DNA from: an uncultured Phycisphaerales bacterium
Lineage (GTDB): Bacteria > Planctomycetota > Phycisphaerae > Phycisphaerales > UBA1924
Assembly: GCA_937879825.1 (NCBI GenBank)
Contig: CALFMQ010000252.1
Location: 1 to 35,595 of the forward strand
DNA: 35,595 nucleotides
Direction of reading: 5' to 3'
The translations under genes were made by a program, and so were the position numbers. The notes beneath the pieces were generated by a model, which did not search any database, was not told the DNA's origin, and saw only the letters and a program-made list of their open reading frames with translations. Positions 25,818 to 34,061 of the stretch are shown here, piece after piece (within the stretch, counting starts at the first letter, position 1; each line of letters opens with the position of its first letter).

Positions 25818-27173
25818 ATGAGCCGGACGCGCGTTGTTATCACGGGGATGGGATGGGTGACGCCTCTCGGCGATGATGTCGAGCGGGTGTGGTCGCGTCT
25901 GATGCGGGGCGACTCCGGATTGGCCCCGGTGACACGGTTCGACGCGGCGACATTCTCGACGAACTTTGCCTCGGAGGTGCGGGGATTCGAGCTGGACCCG
26001 GCGCTGGTCGAGTTCGCGCCCGATGCGCACCTGAACTCGCGGTTTGCGATGAGCGCTGCGGCCAGCGCGTGGAAGAGCGCCGGGCTCGGCGACGTGCGAT
26101 CCATGGGCGGCGAGGCGGCGCGGCGGGCGAAGATCGAGCCGGGGCGGCTTGGTATCTATCTCGGTGCGGGGGAGGGGACTCCGGATTTCGATAACTTCGC
26201 GGCATCGAACCTGAAGGGATGGGACGCCGGGGCGCGCGACACGGACACCGCGCGATGGGCGGAGGCCGCATTGGCGCGGCTGCGTCATGCCAGCGAGACG
26301 GAGCAGGAGCCGAACATGACGGCCCAGCACCTCGCGGATGTGTTCGGCGCGCGTGGGCCGTCGTTCAACTGCATGACGGCGTGCGCGGCATCGACGCAGG
26401 CGACCGGCGAGGCGGCGGAGATTCTCCGCAACGGCGACGCGGACGTCATGCTCGCGGGCGGGTCGCACACGATGATTCATCCGCTCGGGATGACCGGGTT
26501 CATCCGGCTGACGGCGATGTCCTCGCGTCGGGATGATCCAGCGACAGCATCACGGCCGTTCGACTCGACGCGTGACGGGTTTGTCATGGGCGAGGGCGCG
26601 GGTGTGCTCGTGCTCGAGACGCTCGAGCACGCGACAAGGCGTGGGGCGAACATTCTCGCGGAGGTCGCGGGGTACGGGGCGTCGGCGGATGCGTATCGCA
26701 TCACGGACATTCAGCCGGACGGCGTGGGGGCGGGGGCGGCGATGCGCCAGGCGCTGGAGCAGGCGGAGATTGATCCGATGAGACCCGACTCGGGCGGGCG
26801 TCCGCCGGTGCAGTACATCTCGGCGCACGGCACGGGCACGAAGGAGAATGACTCGATCGAGACGCGGGCCGTAAAGCTCGTGTTCGGTGAGCAGGCGAAG
26901 CGGATTCCGTTCTCGAGCGTGAAGTCGATGTTCGGGCATCTGATTCAGGCGGCCGGGGCTGTGGAACTGATGACGTGCATCAAGGCGATCGAGACGGGCT
27001 GGGTGCCGCCGACGATCAATCTGCGCCATCCTGATCCGGAATGTGATCTGGACTATGTGCCCAACACGGCGCGGGACATGCGCGAACGCGGCGGGGTGGA
27101 TGTCTGCCTTTCGAACTCATTCGGGTTCGGTGGACAGAACAATACGATCATTGTGAAGCGTTTTTCGCCGTGA
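25818..27173 (+). CDS. fabF: Beta-ketoacyl-ACP synthase II with an intact Cys-His-His triad
   Basis: MTACAAS (active-site Cys), AHGTGT, KSMFGHLIQAAGAVE and the C-terminal NSFGFGGQN. Confidence 0.88.
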   Translation: MSRTRVVITGMGWVTPLGDDVERVWSRLMRGDSGLAPVTRFDAATFSTNFASEVRGFELDPALVEFAPDAHLNSRFAMSAAASAWKSAGLGDVRSMGGEAARRAKIEPGRLGIYLGAGEGTPDFDNFAASNLKGWDAGARDTDTARWAEAALARLRHASETEQEPNMTAQHLADVFGARGPSFNCMTACAASTQATGEAAEILRNGDADVMLAGGSHTMIHPLGMTGFIRLTAMSSRRDDPATASRPFDSTRDGFVMGEGAGVLVLETLEHATRRGANILAEVAGYGASADAYRITDIQPDGVGAGAAMRQALEQAEIDPMRPDSGGRPPVQYISAHGTGTKENDSIETRAVKLVFGEQAKRIPFSSVKSMFGHLIQAAGAVELMTCIKAIETGWVPPTINLRHPDPECDLDYVPNTARDMRERGGVDVCLSNSFGFGGQNNTIIVKRFSP

Positions 27174-27889
27174 ACGCCGCGGCGCGATCGGTCCAGCGCA
27201 AGCCATCGCGCGGTCGGGTAGTTCTACGTGCCACGCTCGCGTGTCTGCTCGTCGGGTTCGTGTTGGTAGTCATCGTCGGGTGGGTGTTGTATGCACGGGT
27301 CACAGCGGAGCCGGCGTGGTGGACGCCAGCGCTGGCGAACGATGCCGATGCTGCGGCGCTCGCTGAGGAAGCCGAGAAGGGGCTGACGCGCGTGCTGTCG
27401 CGCGAACGCATGCCAGAAGAGGCGTGGACGGTCGAACTGACGGAGGAGCAGGCGAATGCCTGGCTCGCGACGCGGCTCGAGCGATGGGCGACGAGCCAGC
27501 ACGCGGACTGGCCCGCGCTGTTGCGGGGCGTGCGGGTCGAGTTCGAACCGGGCACGATGATAATCGGCGTGGCTGTCGATGTCGGCGGCTCGACGCGGTA
27601 CGTGTCGCTCGCGCTTGAGCCGACGGACGCGGAAGAGGCGGATGCGGCGCTCCGTCTCGTGAGCGCCAAGGTCGGCGTGCAATCGGTGCCGATCACCACA
27701 CTGCGTTCGGTAGCGGGCGACGTCTTGGCGGACTCGTCGGTTCCTGAAGATGTGCGGCGTGTCATTCAAGAGGGTGTGATCGAGTTGCCCGATGCCTTTG
27801 CTGTGGATGATGCGAGGCGAGTATCTATCAGAGGAATTCTGATCGAGCCGAGTCGGATGCTCATTACCTTCGAAGCCGGCGCACCTTGA
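27170..27889 (+). CDS. Hypothetical single-pass membrane protein
   Basis: The GTG start overlaps the fabF stop (GTGA). A basic N-terminus and a TM helix (LACLLVGFVLVVIVGWVLY) are followed by a ~190-aa acidic soluble domain. No family was recognised. Confidence 0.55.
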   Translation: MNAAARSVQRKPSRGRVVLRATLACLLVGFVLVVIVGWVLYARVTAEPAWWTPALANDADAAALAEEAEKGLTRVLSRERMPEEAWTVELTEEQANAWLATRLERWATSQHADWPALLRGVRVEFEPGTMIIGVAVDVGGSTRYVSLALEPTDAEEADAALRLVSAKVGVQSVPITTLRSVAGDVLADSSVPEDVRRVIQEGVIELPDAFAVDDARRVSIRGILIEPSRMLITFEAGAP

Positions 27890-27905
27890 TGGATAGACTG
27901 TGCCC

Positions 27906-28961
27906 ATGACGCCCCCCGCCTCGCCATCGAAGGAGAGTCTGTCCGAACGCGCCGGGCGCGCAGCGCGGGCGATCGATGAGGGTGGTGTTGTTATCGTGCC
28001 GACCGAGACAGTGCGGGCGTTGGCGTGCGATGCGTCCAGCCGCGATGCGCTGAGTCTCATGTGGGACATCCGCGGGTCTGATCCGGCGCCGCTTGCGTGG
28101 CATGTCCGGGACGCGGAACAGGCGTTTCGTTTGCTCCCGACGCTGCATCCTCGGCATGCGAGATTGGTTGAACGGCTCGCGCCCGGACCGGTGTTGTTCG
28201 CGATGGAGTGCGAGCCGGAAGTCCTCGAGCGCGTGCGTGCGTCATTGCACGTGCGGGCGGGCGTGATCGAGGACGGTCGATTCATGTTTGTGCGCGTGCC
28301 GTCGCACCCGGCCGCGCGGGCGCTGCTCGGCGCTACAGAGAAGCCCGTTGTGATGGCGTCGATCCCGGCGGGCGTTCACGCGGAAGCGCGGGTGGATGTT
28401 GTGCTGGATGACGCGCCCGCACCATCGGGCAAGCCCTCGACGCTGATCCGCATGTTGGGCGGCGGATCGTGGGATGTGGCGCGTGAGGGTGTGATCGAAG
28501 AGCGTTATATTCGCAAGCTCATGACGCGGACCATTCTGTTTGTATGCACGGGGAACACCTGCAGGAGCCCGATGGCTGAGGGGATCGCGCGAGCGATTCT
28601 GGCGCAGGAGCCACCGGGCGTGGACACGGTTGTGCGGTCCGCCGGTGTCTCCGCGTTCGGAGGATCGGCCGCGACCCCTGAGGCGATCGTGGCGGCGCGG
28701 GCGTTCGGGGCGGATCTGTCGAACCACCATGCGACGCCGCTGACGCGCGAGGTTCTCGCGGGCGCTGATGTGGTGTACGCGATGACGCGCTCGCACGCCG
28801 AGATGGCGCGCGCGATCGATCCGAGCGTTGACGTGCGGCTGCTCGATCCGTCGGGGCGGGACATCCCCGATCCGATCGGATCGCCGCAGTCGGCGTACGA
28901 CGAGGCGGCGCGAGTCATCGAGCGGCATGTGCGGGCGCGGCTCGCGGAGCTGGACAAGTAG
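27906..28961 (+). CDS. Fusion protein: YrdC/Sua5 (TsaC)-like domain plus low-molecular-weight phosphatase of the YwlE (phosphoarginine phosphatase) type
   Basis: N-terminal half: VPTETVRALACDA, APGPVLF and VRVPSHPAARALL (YrdC fold). C-terminal half: ILFVCTGNTCRSPMAEG (CX5R P-loop), VRSAGV and DIPDPIG. The start is ATG 27906 or GTG 27900. Confidence 0.8.
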   Translation: MTPPASPSKESLSERAGRAARAIDEGGVVIVPTETVRALACDASSRDALSLMWDIRGSDPAPLAWHVRDAEQAFRLLPTLHPRHARLVERLAPGPVLFAMECEPEVLERVRASLHVRAGVIEDGRFMFVRVPSHPAARALLGATEKPVVMASIPAGVHAEARVDVVLDDAPAPSGKPSTLIRMLGGGSWDVAREGVIEERYIRKLMTRTILFVCTGNTCRSPMAEGIARAILAQEPPGVDTVVRSAGVSAFGGSAATPEAIVAARAFGADLSNHHATPLTREVLAGADVVYAMTRSHAEMARAIDPSVDVRLLDPSGRDIPDPIGSPQSAYDEAARVIERHVRARLAELDK

Positions 28962-28968
28962 CGATCGA

Positions 28969-31314
28969 CTATTGCGCGACGCCGACGGTCTTGGCGACTC
29001 TGTCGAGACGTGCTGCGCAATCGGGGTGTTGATCCAATCCTGGTTCGGTGCGGAGGCGTCGGATGAGGCGGGCGATGGTGTCGGTGCGCGAGCCGTCGGC
29101 GTTCTGGCGGACCAGAATCTCTGCGAGCCGTGCCTGGGCGTGCCAGTAGTCGCGAGAAGTCTTATCGCTCTCGGTCAGTTGCGCCATATTGCGGAACGCG
29201 GCGAACGCAGCGGCATCGTCGCCGGTGAGGAGAATCGACTCTGCGAGCCCTCGTGCGAGCGCGGGTGAGCGTCCGGACTGTTCGATCGCGCGATTGAACC
29301 AGATCGCGGCGAGTCTTCCCTCACCCGCCAGCAGGAGCCCCCACGCGGCGTGTGCCGCATTAGGAGGGTCGCGCTCGGTGATGAGCCGCCATGCGCTGTC
29401 CGGCCATTGCTTGCGGATGGGATCGGCGCGGACATCCTCGATGAATCGCTCGATGTCCGACATAGTTACGGCCCATGCGAGTCGATCGACTCTCGCCAGA
29501 AGCAGTCGTAAGGACTCATGATCGAGCGCTATGGCGATGGGACGTGCTTCATCGGTGCGGTTGAGTCGGATGAGCGCGATGCACGCCGCGGGCCCCGCGT
29601 CGGCGAGGCGATCGGGCATGAGTGCTTCGGCTTCGGCCCACGCTGCGGCGTCGCGGGTCAGACCGACGAGCGCACGGACGCGCACGCGGACAGCTTCATC
29701 GGTGGTGAGTGTGCGGGTGCTGGTGAGGGCTCTGTCGAAGTAATCACGTCCGACACCGCCGGCGTCCTCGATCCGCTCGCCCGCCCAGACCAGCACCGCG
29801 CCCGACGCGGCGTCTTGGGCGGACCGATGATCCAGCACGCGCACGGCTTCATCGACCAGCCGCGGGAACTCCACAGCGGACTCGTCGGCAGCCTGCCGGA
29901 TGAGCGCCGATGCCAGCTGGGAACGCCACGCGTCGGCGCCGGAATGGCGAGGAGAGGTCTTGATCGATTCCGAGAGCACGCGCACCACGATCGCATCGGT
30001 TTCGGGAGCATGCGGAACGCTCGCGGCGAGTGATGCGCCCCACGCGAGGATGCCCGGCGCGCGGATATCGTCCGCATGCTGTTGGGCGAACAACACGGCT
30101 CGATCTGCAGCATCGAGGCGGGCAAGCGGGTCGGAGGACTCGGCCAGTGCGCGCATGAGCGCGACATCTGCGCTGGATTGGATGTGCGCATTCAATGCTT
30201 CGCCGGCAATGATGCGCGACAGGCGGTCGGTATCGGCGATCGCCTCCGGCGAGGTGATCGCGTGGGCGATGAACCCGAAATCGCTTGCGGCGGCCAAACG
30301 GGAGTCGAGGGTGATGGCGCTGGCGGCGGCAGAGATCGCGAATGAAGCATCCTGGGGCGTTTCAGCGGAGCGCGCGAGTTGTTCAATAGGAACGAGCGCC
30401 TGGGCGAGTACCGCCTGGCGTGTCGCGGGATCGGAGGACGCGCGGGCCTCATTGATCGCCAGCAGCGCGTGCATCGACGCCGCGATGGTCGAGGCGTACC
30501 AGTCGCGTTTGGCGTTGATCACGAAGGGATCGGAGTCGAGCGCGGCCCGGATGATGCTGCGTGCGGCGGCGGGTGCTCCTGAAGCCGCCTTGACCTGCGC
30601 CCCGATCAGGATGCGCTCGGCGCGGAAAGAAGGGCGATCGTCCGCCGGCGCAATGAGTCGGGCTGCTTGATCGGCCGACTCCTCAACCTGTCGGGCGGCC
30701 CCGTGGTTGCCCGACATGGAGAGAGCGAGGGCCGCGAGCGTGGCGCGCTGCGTCTCGTACCACGGACCGGCGTCGGTGGGACGCAGGAGGAGTTCGCCCG
30801 CGGCTTCCGTGAGTGCGCGCTTCTTGGACTCCTCGCTTCCGCACGAGGCGTGCAGCAGCAGCGCCCTGGATGCATCGAGCGGGAGAACGACCAGAGCGCG
30901 GTCGGCGAGCGCTTCGGTTTGCGCATCGTCGGAAGCGGCCTTGGCTGCTTCGACTCGGCGCTCGGCATCGGCCGCGATCGCGATGGTCTGTTGGGCGATG
31001 TATCGCGCTAGTTGAGCGTCGCTATCCGATGGGATGGCGAACATGACGCGCCATTCGACTCCGGCGCGCCTGGCGGCGCCCCCCCACTGCTCGGCGAGCG
31101 CGAGCGCTTCGGCCGGTGTTGCGTTGGTTGGGATGCGTGTCGGAAGATCGGAGAGCCATGACAGGCCTTGCATGTCCGAGGGTTCGGGCTGTCGAAGGCC
31201 TGTTAGGTGTTGCCCCAGTCGGACGGCGGCATCGGCGACAGGGCCCGCGTGTGCAGCACATGCGAGGAACACAGCCGCGAACGAAGCGAGCCGGGCGGCA
31301 CAGCGCATCCTCAT
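28969..31314 (-). CDS. Large secreted Ala-rich alpha-helical repeat (TPR-like) protein
   Basis: Signal peptide MRMRCAARLASFAAVFLACAAHA, then ~750 aa of helical-repeat-like sequence. The ATG at 31314 forms an ATGA overlap with the exbD stop. The track extension to 31524 is rejected. Confidence 0.65.
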   Translation of the reverse strand: MRMRCAARLASFAAVFLACAAHAGPVADAAVRLGQHLTGLRQPEPSDMQGLSWLSDLPTRIPTNATPAEALALAEQWGGAARRAGVEWRVMFAIPSDSDAQLARYIAQQTIAIAADAERRVEAAKAASDDAQTEALADRALVVLPLDASRALLLHASCGSEESKKRALTEAAGELLLRPTDAGPWYETQRATLAALALSMSGNHGAARQVEESADQAARLIAPADDRPSFRAERILIGAQVKAASGAPAAARSIIRAALDSDPFVINAKRDWYASTIAASMHALLAINEARASSDPATRQAVLAQALVPIEQLARSAETPQDASFAISAAASAITLDSRLAAASDFGFIAHAITSPEAIADTDRLSRIIAGEALNAHIQSSADVALMRALAESSDPLARLDAADRAVLFAQQHADDIRAPGILAWGASLAASVPHAPETDAIVVRVLSESIKTSPRHSGADAWRSQLASALIRQAADESAVEFPRLVDEAVRVLDHRSAQDAASGAVLVWAGERIEDAGGVGRDYFDRALTSTRTLTTDEAVRVRVRALVGLTRDAAAWAEAEALMPDRLADAGPAACIALIRLNRTDEARPIAIALDHESLRLLLARVDRLAWAVTMSDIERFIEDVRADPIRKQWPDSAWRLITERDPPNAAHAAWGLLLAGEGRLAAIWFNRAIEQSGRSPALARGLAESILLTGDDAAAFAAFRNMAQLTESDKTSRDYWHAQARLAEILVRQNADGSRTDTIARLIRRLRTEPGLDQHPDCAARLDRVAKTVGVAQ

Positions 31315-31826
31315 TCTCCTTCCCCTCTCAGGCGGACTTGCTCGTAGCGCGCCAGGCGGAGTGCGTTGACGGTCGCGACGGCGTGTTCCCATCGGCAGCC
31401 GGGGGCGGGGCGGATGTCGAAACGCTGGCTCGGCGCGAGCACGCCTCCGCGTTGTGCGAAGGCGGCGTCGGTGAGGGAAGCGAATCCCGAGCCGGTGCCG
31501 ATGATCGGTGAGTCGGCGCGCCACAGTGCATCGGCGCGGCCCTGACCGAGCGACTCGACGACGATGGTGATCGGTGCTTCGGGGAGGGCGAAGGGATCGG
31601 CGGCTTCGGCCCCCCGCCCGGCGATGTTCAGCGGCATCGATCCCTCCGGTGCGCGGAACTCGGTGATGAGCATGAAATACATGAGCAGGAGGAACACAAC
31701 ATCGATCATCGGCGCAACATTGAGCCCCATCATCGGGAGCGCAGGCCGTCGGGCGCGCTTGCGGCGCTCGTCGTAATCGATCAACGCGCCCGCGTCGCGG
31801 GCTGGTTGGTGGTTGCCTCCGCTCAT
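31311..31826 (-). CDS. exbD: ExbD/TolR-family biopolymer transport protein
   Basis: TM segment NVAPMIDVVFLLLMYFML contains the conserved Asp. ATGA overlap with the upstream gene. Confidence 0.85.
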   Translation of the reverse strand: MSGGNHQPARDAGALIDYDERRKRARRPALPMMGLNVAPMIDVVFLLLMYFMLITEFRAPEGSMPLNIAGRGAEAADPFALPEAPITIVVESLGQGRADALWRADSPIIGTGSGFASLTDAAFAQRGGVLAPSQRFDIRPAPGCRWEHAVATVNALRLARYEQVRLRGEGE

Positions 31827-32296
31827 GGGGTGCTTTCCTCGTCCGTGGTGCCCGGGCTCATGGTGACGAGCCCGACGGTCGACGCGCCGCCCTTGCGGGC
31901 GGCTTCGAGGGCGGGGCGGACTCGGGCGTAGTCCTCGAGACGGTCGGCGCGGACATGGACCTCGGCGCCCGGTTCGCGCGAGATCGACTCCGCGACGCGG
32001 CGCGCCAGCGCCGACAGGCCCTCGTCGGTGCGCTCGAATGACTCATCGTTCAGGCGGTATGCGGGCGAGGACTCCTCTGTCGCCCCAGGGATGACATGGA
32101 TGATGATGGGTGCTGCCTTGTTCTTATCGTTGTTGTTCTGGCGCGCTTCGATCATGGGTGGCGTGAGTTCCACGGCACGGTGGCGGGTGATCTGCGCAAC
32201 GACCATGAAGAAGATGATCAACTGAAAGACGATGTCGATCATCGGGGTGAGATTCGACCGGAGGTCGGCGGGGAGTCTGTGCGCGTGGCGGCTCAT
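31823..32296 (-). CDS. exbD: ExbD/TolR-family biopolymer transport protein
   Basis: TM segment NLTPMIDIVFQLIIFFMV contains the conserved Asp. ATGA overlap with the exbB stop. Confidence 0.88.
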   Translation of the reverse strand: MSRHAHRLPADLRSNLTPMIDIVFQLIIFFMVVAQITRHRAVELTPPMIEARQNNNDKNKAAPIIIHVIPGATEESSPAYRLNDESFERTDEGLSALARRVAESISREPGAEVHVRADRLEDYARVRPALEAARKGGASTVGLVTMSPGTTDEESTP

Positions 32297-33066
32297 CGTG
32301 AGTCACCCGGTCCGCGGAGCAGGCCGATGACCTCTTCGACAGCGCGAGTCGCTTCGGAGGTGAGGCCGTCGATCTTGTTGCGGAGTAGGGCGTACCCCGA
32401 GAGGGCCGGGATCGCGACGATGAGGCCCCAGAATGTTGTGACGAGCGCGGTTCCGATGCCGTTGGCCAGCGCGACAGGATCCGGGGTGCCGCCGCCCAGA
32501 ACGATCTGTCGGAAGGCGAGGATCATGCCGTAGACGGTGCCGAAGAGACCGATCATGGGGGCCACATTGCCCACGACATTGAGGGGTTCGATGGCGCGGA
32601 GCCGGCGGTAAGTGAGCGTTTCGGATGCGGTCTCGGCGGCGCGGATCATTGCGCCGTGCCCGTGGGGGTGCTGATCGACGGCGGACTTGAGGACCGACTC
32701 GAAGAAGGTCGATCTGTTGGCGGACATGGCGGCGATCTCGTTCGGGAGCCCCGAGGCGGCTCGTTCGCGGGCGCGCCGCTCGATCTCCGGCGCGATGATG
32801 TCGCGCTTGCGGTTCTCCTGCAGGCGCATCACGAGGAACGCGATGCAGAAGCCCGAGAGGATGAGCAGCGCCCAGATGATGAAGGAACCGATCCACTCGA
32901 CCTGTCGGGTGATGGGGTGTCGCTGCACGAAGAACGCCTCGAGCATTCCGACCCTGACACTGCCGGCGCCAGCGGGGGCGTCCTGCGCGGCGAGCGCGAT
33001 GGCGGCGGGCGCGAGCATGGCGGTGATGCTCATGGCGGTGAGTTGCGTAGCGAGTTTGAGTTTCAC
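32293..33066 (-). CDS. exbB: MotA/TolQ/ExbB proton-channel protein
   Basis: C-terminal core VAPMIGLFGTVYGMILAF...GIGTALVTTFWGLIVAIPAL. The start is taken at GTG 33066 (GTGA overlap with the upstream stop); ATG 33033 is the alternative. Confidence 0.88.
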   Translation of the reverse strand: MKLKLATQLTAMSITAMLAPAAIALAAQDAPAGAGSVRVGMLEAFFVQRHPITRQVEWIGSFIIWALLILSGFCIAFLVMRLQENRKRDIIAPEIERRARERAASGLPNEIAAMSANRSTFFESVLKSAVDQHPHGHGAMIRAAETASETLTYRRLRAIEPLNVVGNVAPMIGLFGTVYGMILAFRQIVLGGGTPDPVALANGIGTALVTTFWGLIVAIPALSGYALLRNKIDGLTSEATRAVEEVIGLLRGPGDSR

Positions 33067-34022
33067 AGGCCGAGGTCCTCCCGGCTCCGGTGGATGAAGC
33101 CGTTGTTGCCGCCGAATCGTGCGCCGATCTCGCGCACGATTCCGGATTTGTCGTCGTCCAGGAACAGGATGGTCTTGATGGTGACCCGGCGCACACCGTT
33201 GCGCGCCAGTGGATCGAGCGCTTCGAGGCGTGCGAAGAACGACTCGCGTTGCTCGGGCGTCCACGCGTCGGCGCCGGTGATGTCGGTGGTGAGGAGGAAG
33301 ATGGCGTCGGGTCGGAGCGAGAGCGCGACCTCGAGCGCTTCGATCGGGTTGGAGCGCCCGCTGGGCCTGACGGAGGATGCCCACCTGATGGCGGACTCGA
33401 TGAACGAGCGGCGGGCGGGCACCATGCGCGTGACGGGGACAGCGGTCTGCGCGAAATCCGGGTGCGTGAAGGAGACATAGCCGTCATTCTGGAAGAAGAC
33501 GATCTGGAAACTCTGAATGGCTTCGAGTTTCCGGAGCGACTTTGAGAGTTCGTCAGCGACGATCGGCATCGCGCTGATCATGGAGCCGGAGCCGTCGACG
33601 ACATAGACGATGTCACGCGCGTTGCCGGCGCCGATCCCGGCGAAGCGCACCTCGGGGGGCGCGACGGTCTGGATGGGTGGCGGGGGTGCGGCGTCGAATG
33701 TGGGCATCGGCGCGAGCGCTTCGGGAATCGGCGCGCTTCGGGCTTCGATCGGCAACGTTGGAGGCGGCGTCTGGATGGCGATCGTCGGCGGGGGTGCTTG
33801 CGGCGCTGGATCGGTTGGTTGATCTATAACCGGTTTGGGAGGGGCGAGGCCCGGATCGTCGAAACGGACGGTGACGATGGGGGCGTCGTCATCGCGGGGG
33901 ATGACGACCTGCACGACCATCAGCATGACCGCGATCACGGCGGCGTGCGCGCCGATGGAGATGGCCCAGGCGAGGGCTGTGCGGCGCGCGCCGGTTGTGG
34001 TGCGATCCGTCCGTGCTCGCAT
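33063..34022 (-). CDS. TonB/TolA-like N-terminal anchor (SxxxH TM helix plus Pro-rich spacer) fused to a von Willebrand factor A domain
   Basis: TM helix ALAWAISIGAHAAVIAVMLMVV carries Ser-x3-His. Pro-rich spacer PPKPVIDQPTDPAPQAPPPTIAIQTPPPTLPIE...APPPPIQTVAPP. The VWA MIDAS motif is VYVVDGSGSM (DxSxS), with LLTTD following. No TonB C-terminal-like sequence was recognised. Confidence 0.75.
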   Translation of the reverse strand: MRARTDRTTTGARRTALAWAISIGAHAAVIAVMLMVVQVVIPRDDDAPIVTVRFDDPGLAPPKPVIDQPTDPAPQAPPPTIAIQTPPPTLPIEARSAPIPEALAPMPTFDAAPPPPIQTVAPPEVRFAGIGAGNARDIVYVVDGSGSMISAMPIVADELSKSLRKLEAIQSFQIVFFQNDGYVSFTHPDFAQTAVPVTRMVPARRSFIESAIRWASSVRPSGRSNPIEALEVALSLRPDAIFLLTTDITGADAWTPEQRESFFARLEALDPLARNGVRRVTIKTILFLDDDKSGIVREIGARFGGNNGFIHRSREDLGL

Positions 34023-34061
34023 GGCGCGATTGTACGCGCTGGGGTCGGCGGTGCCGGCGCG

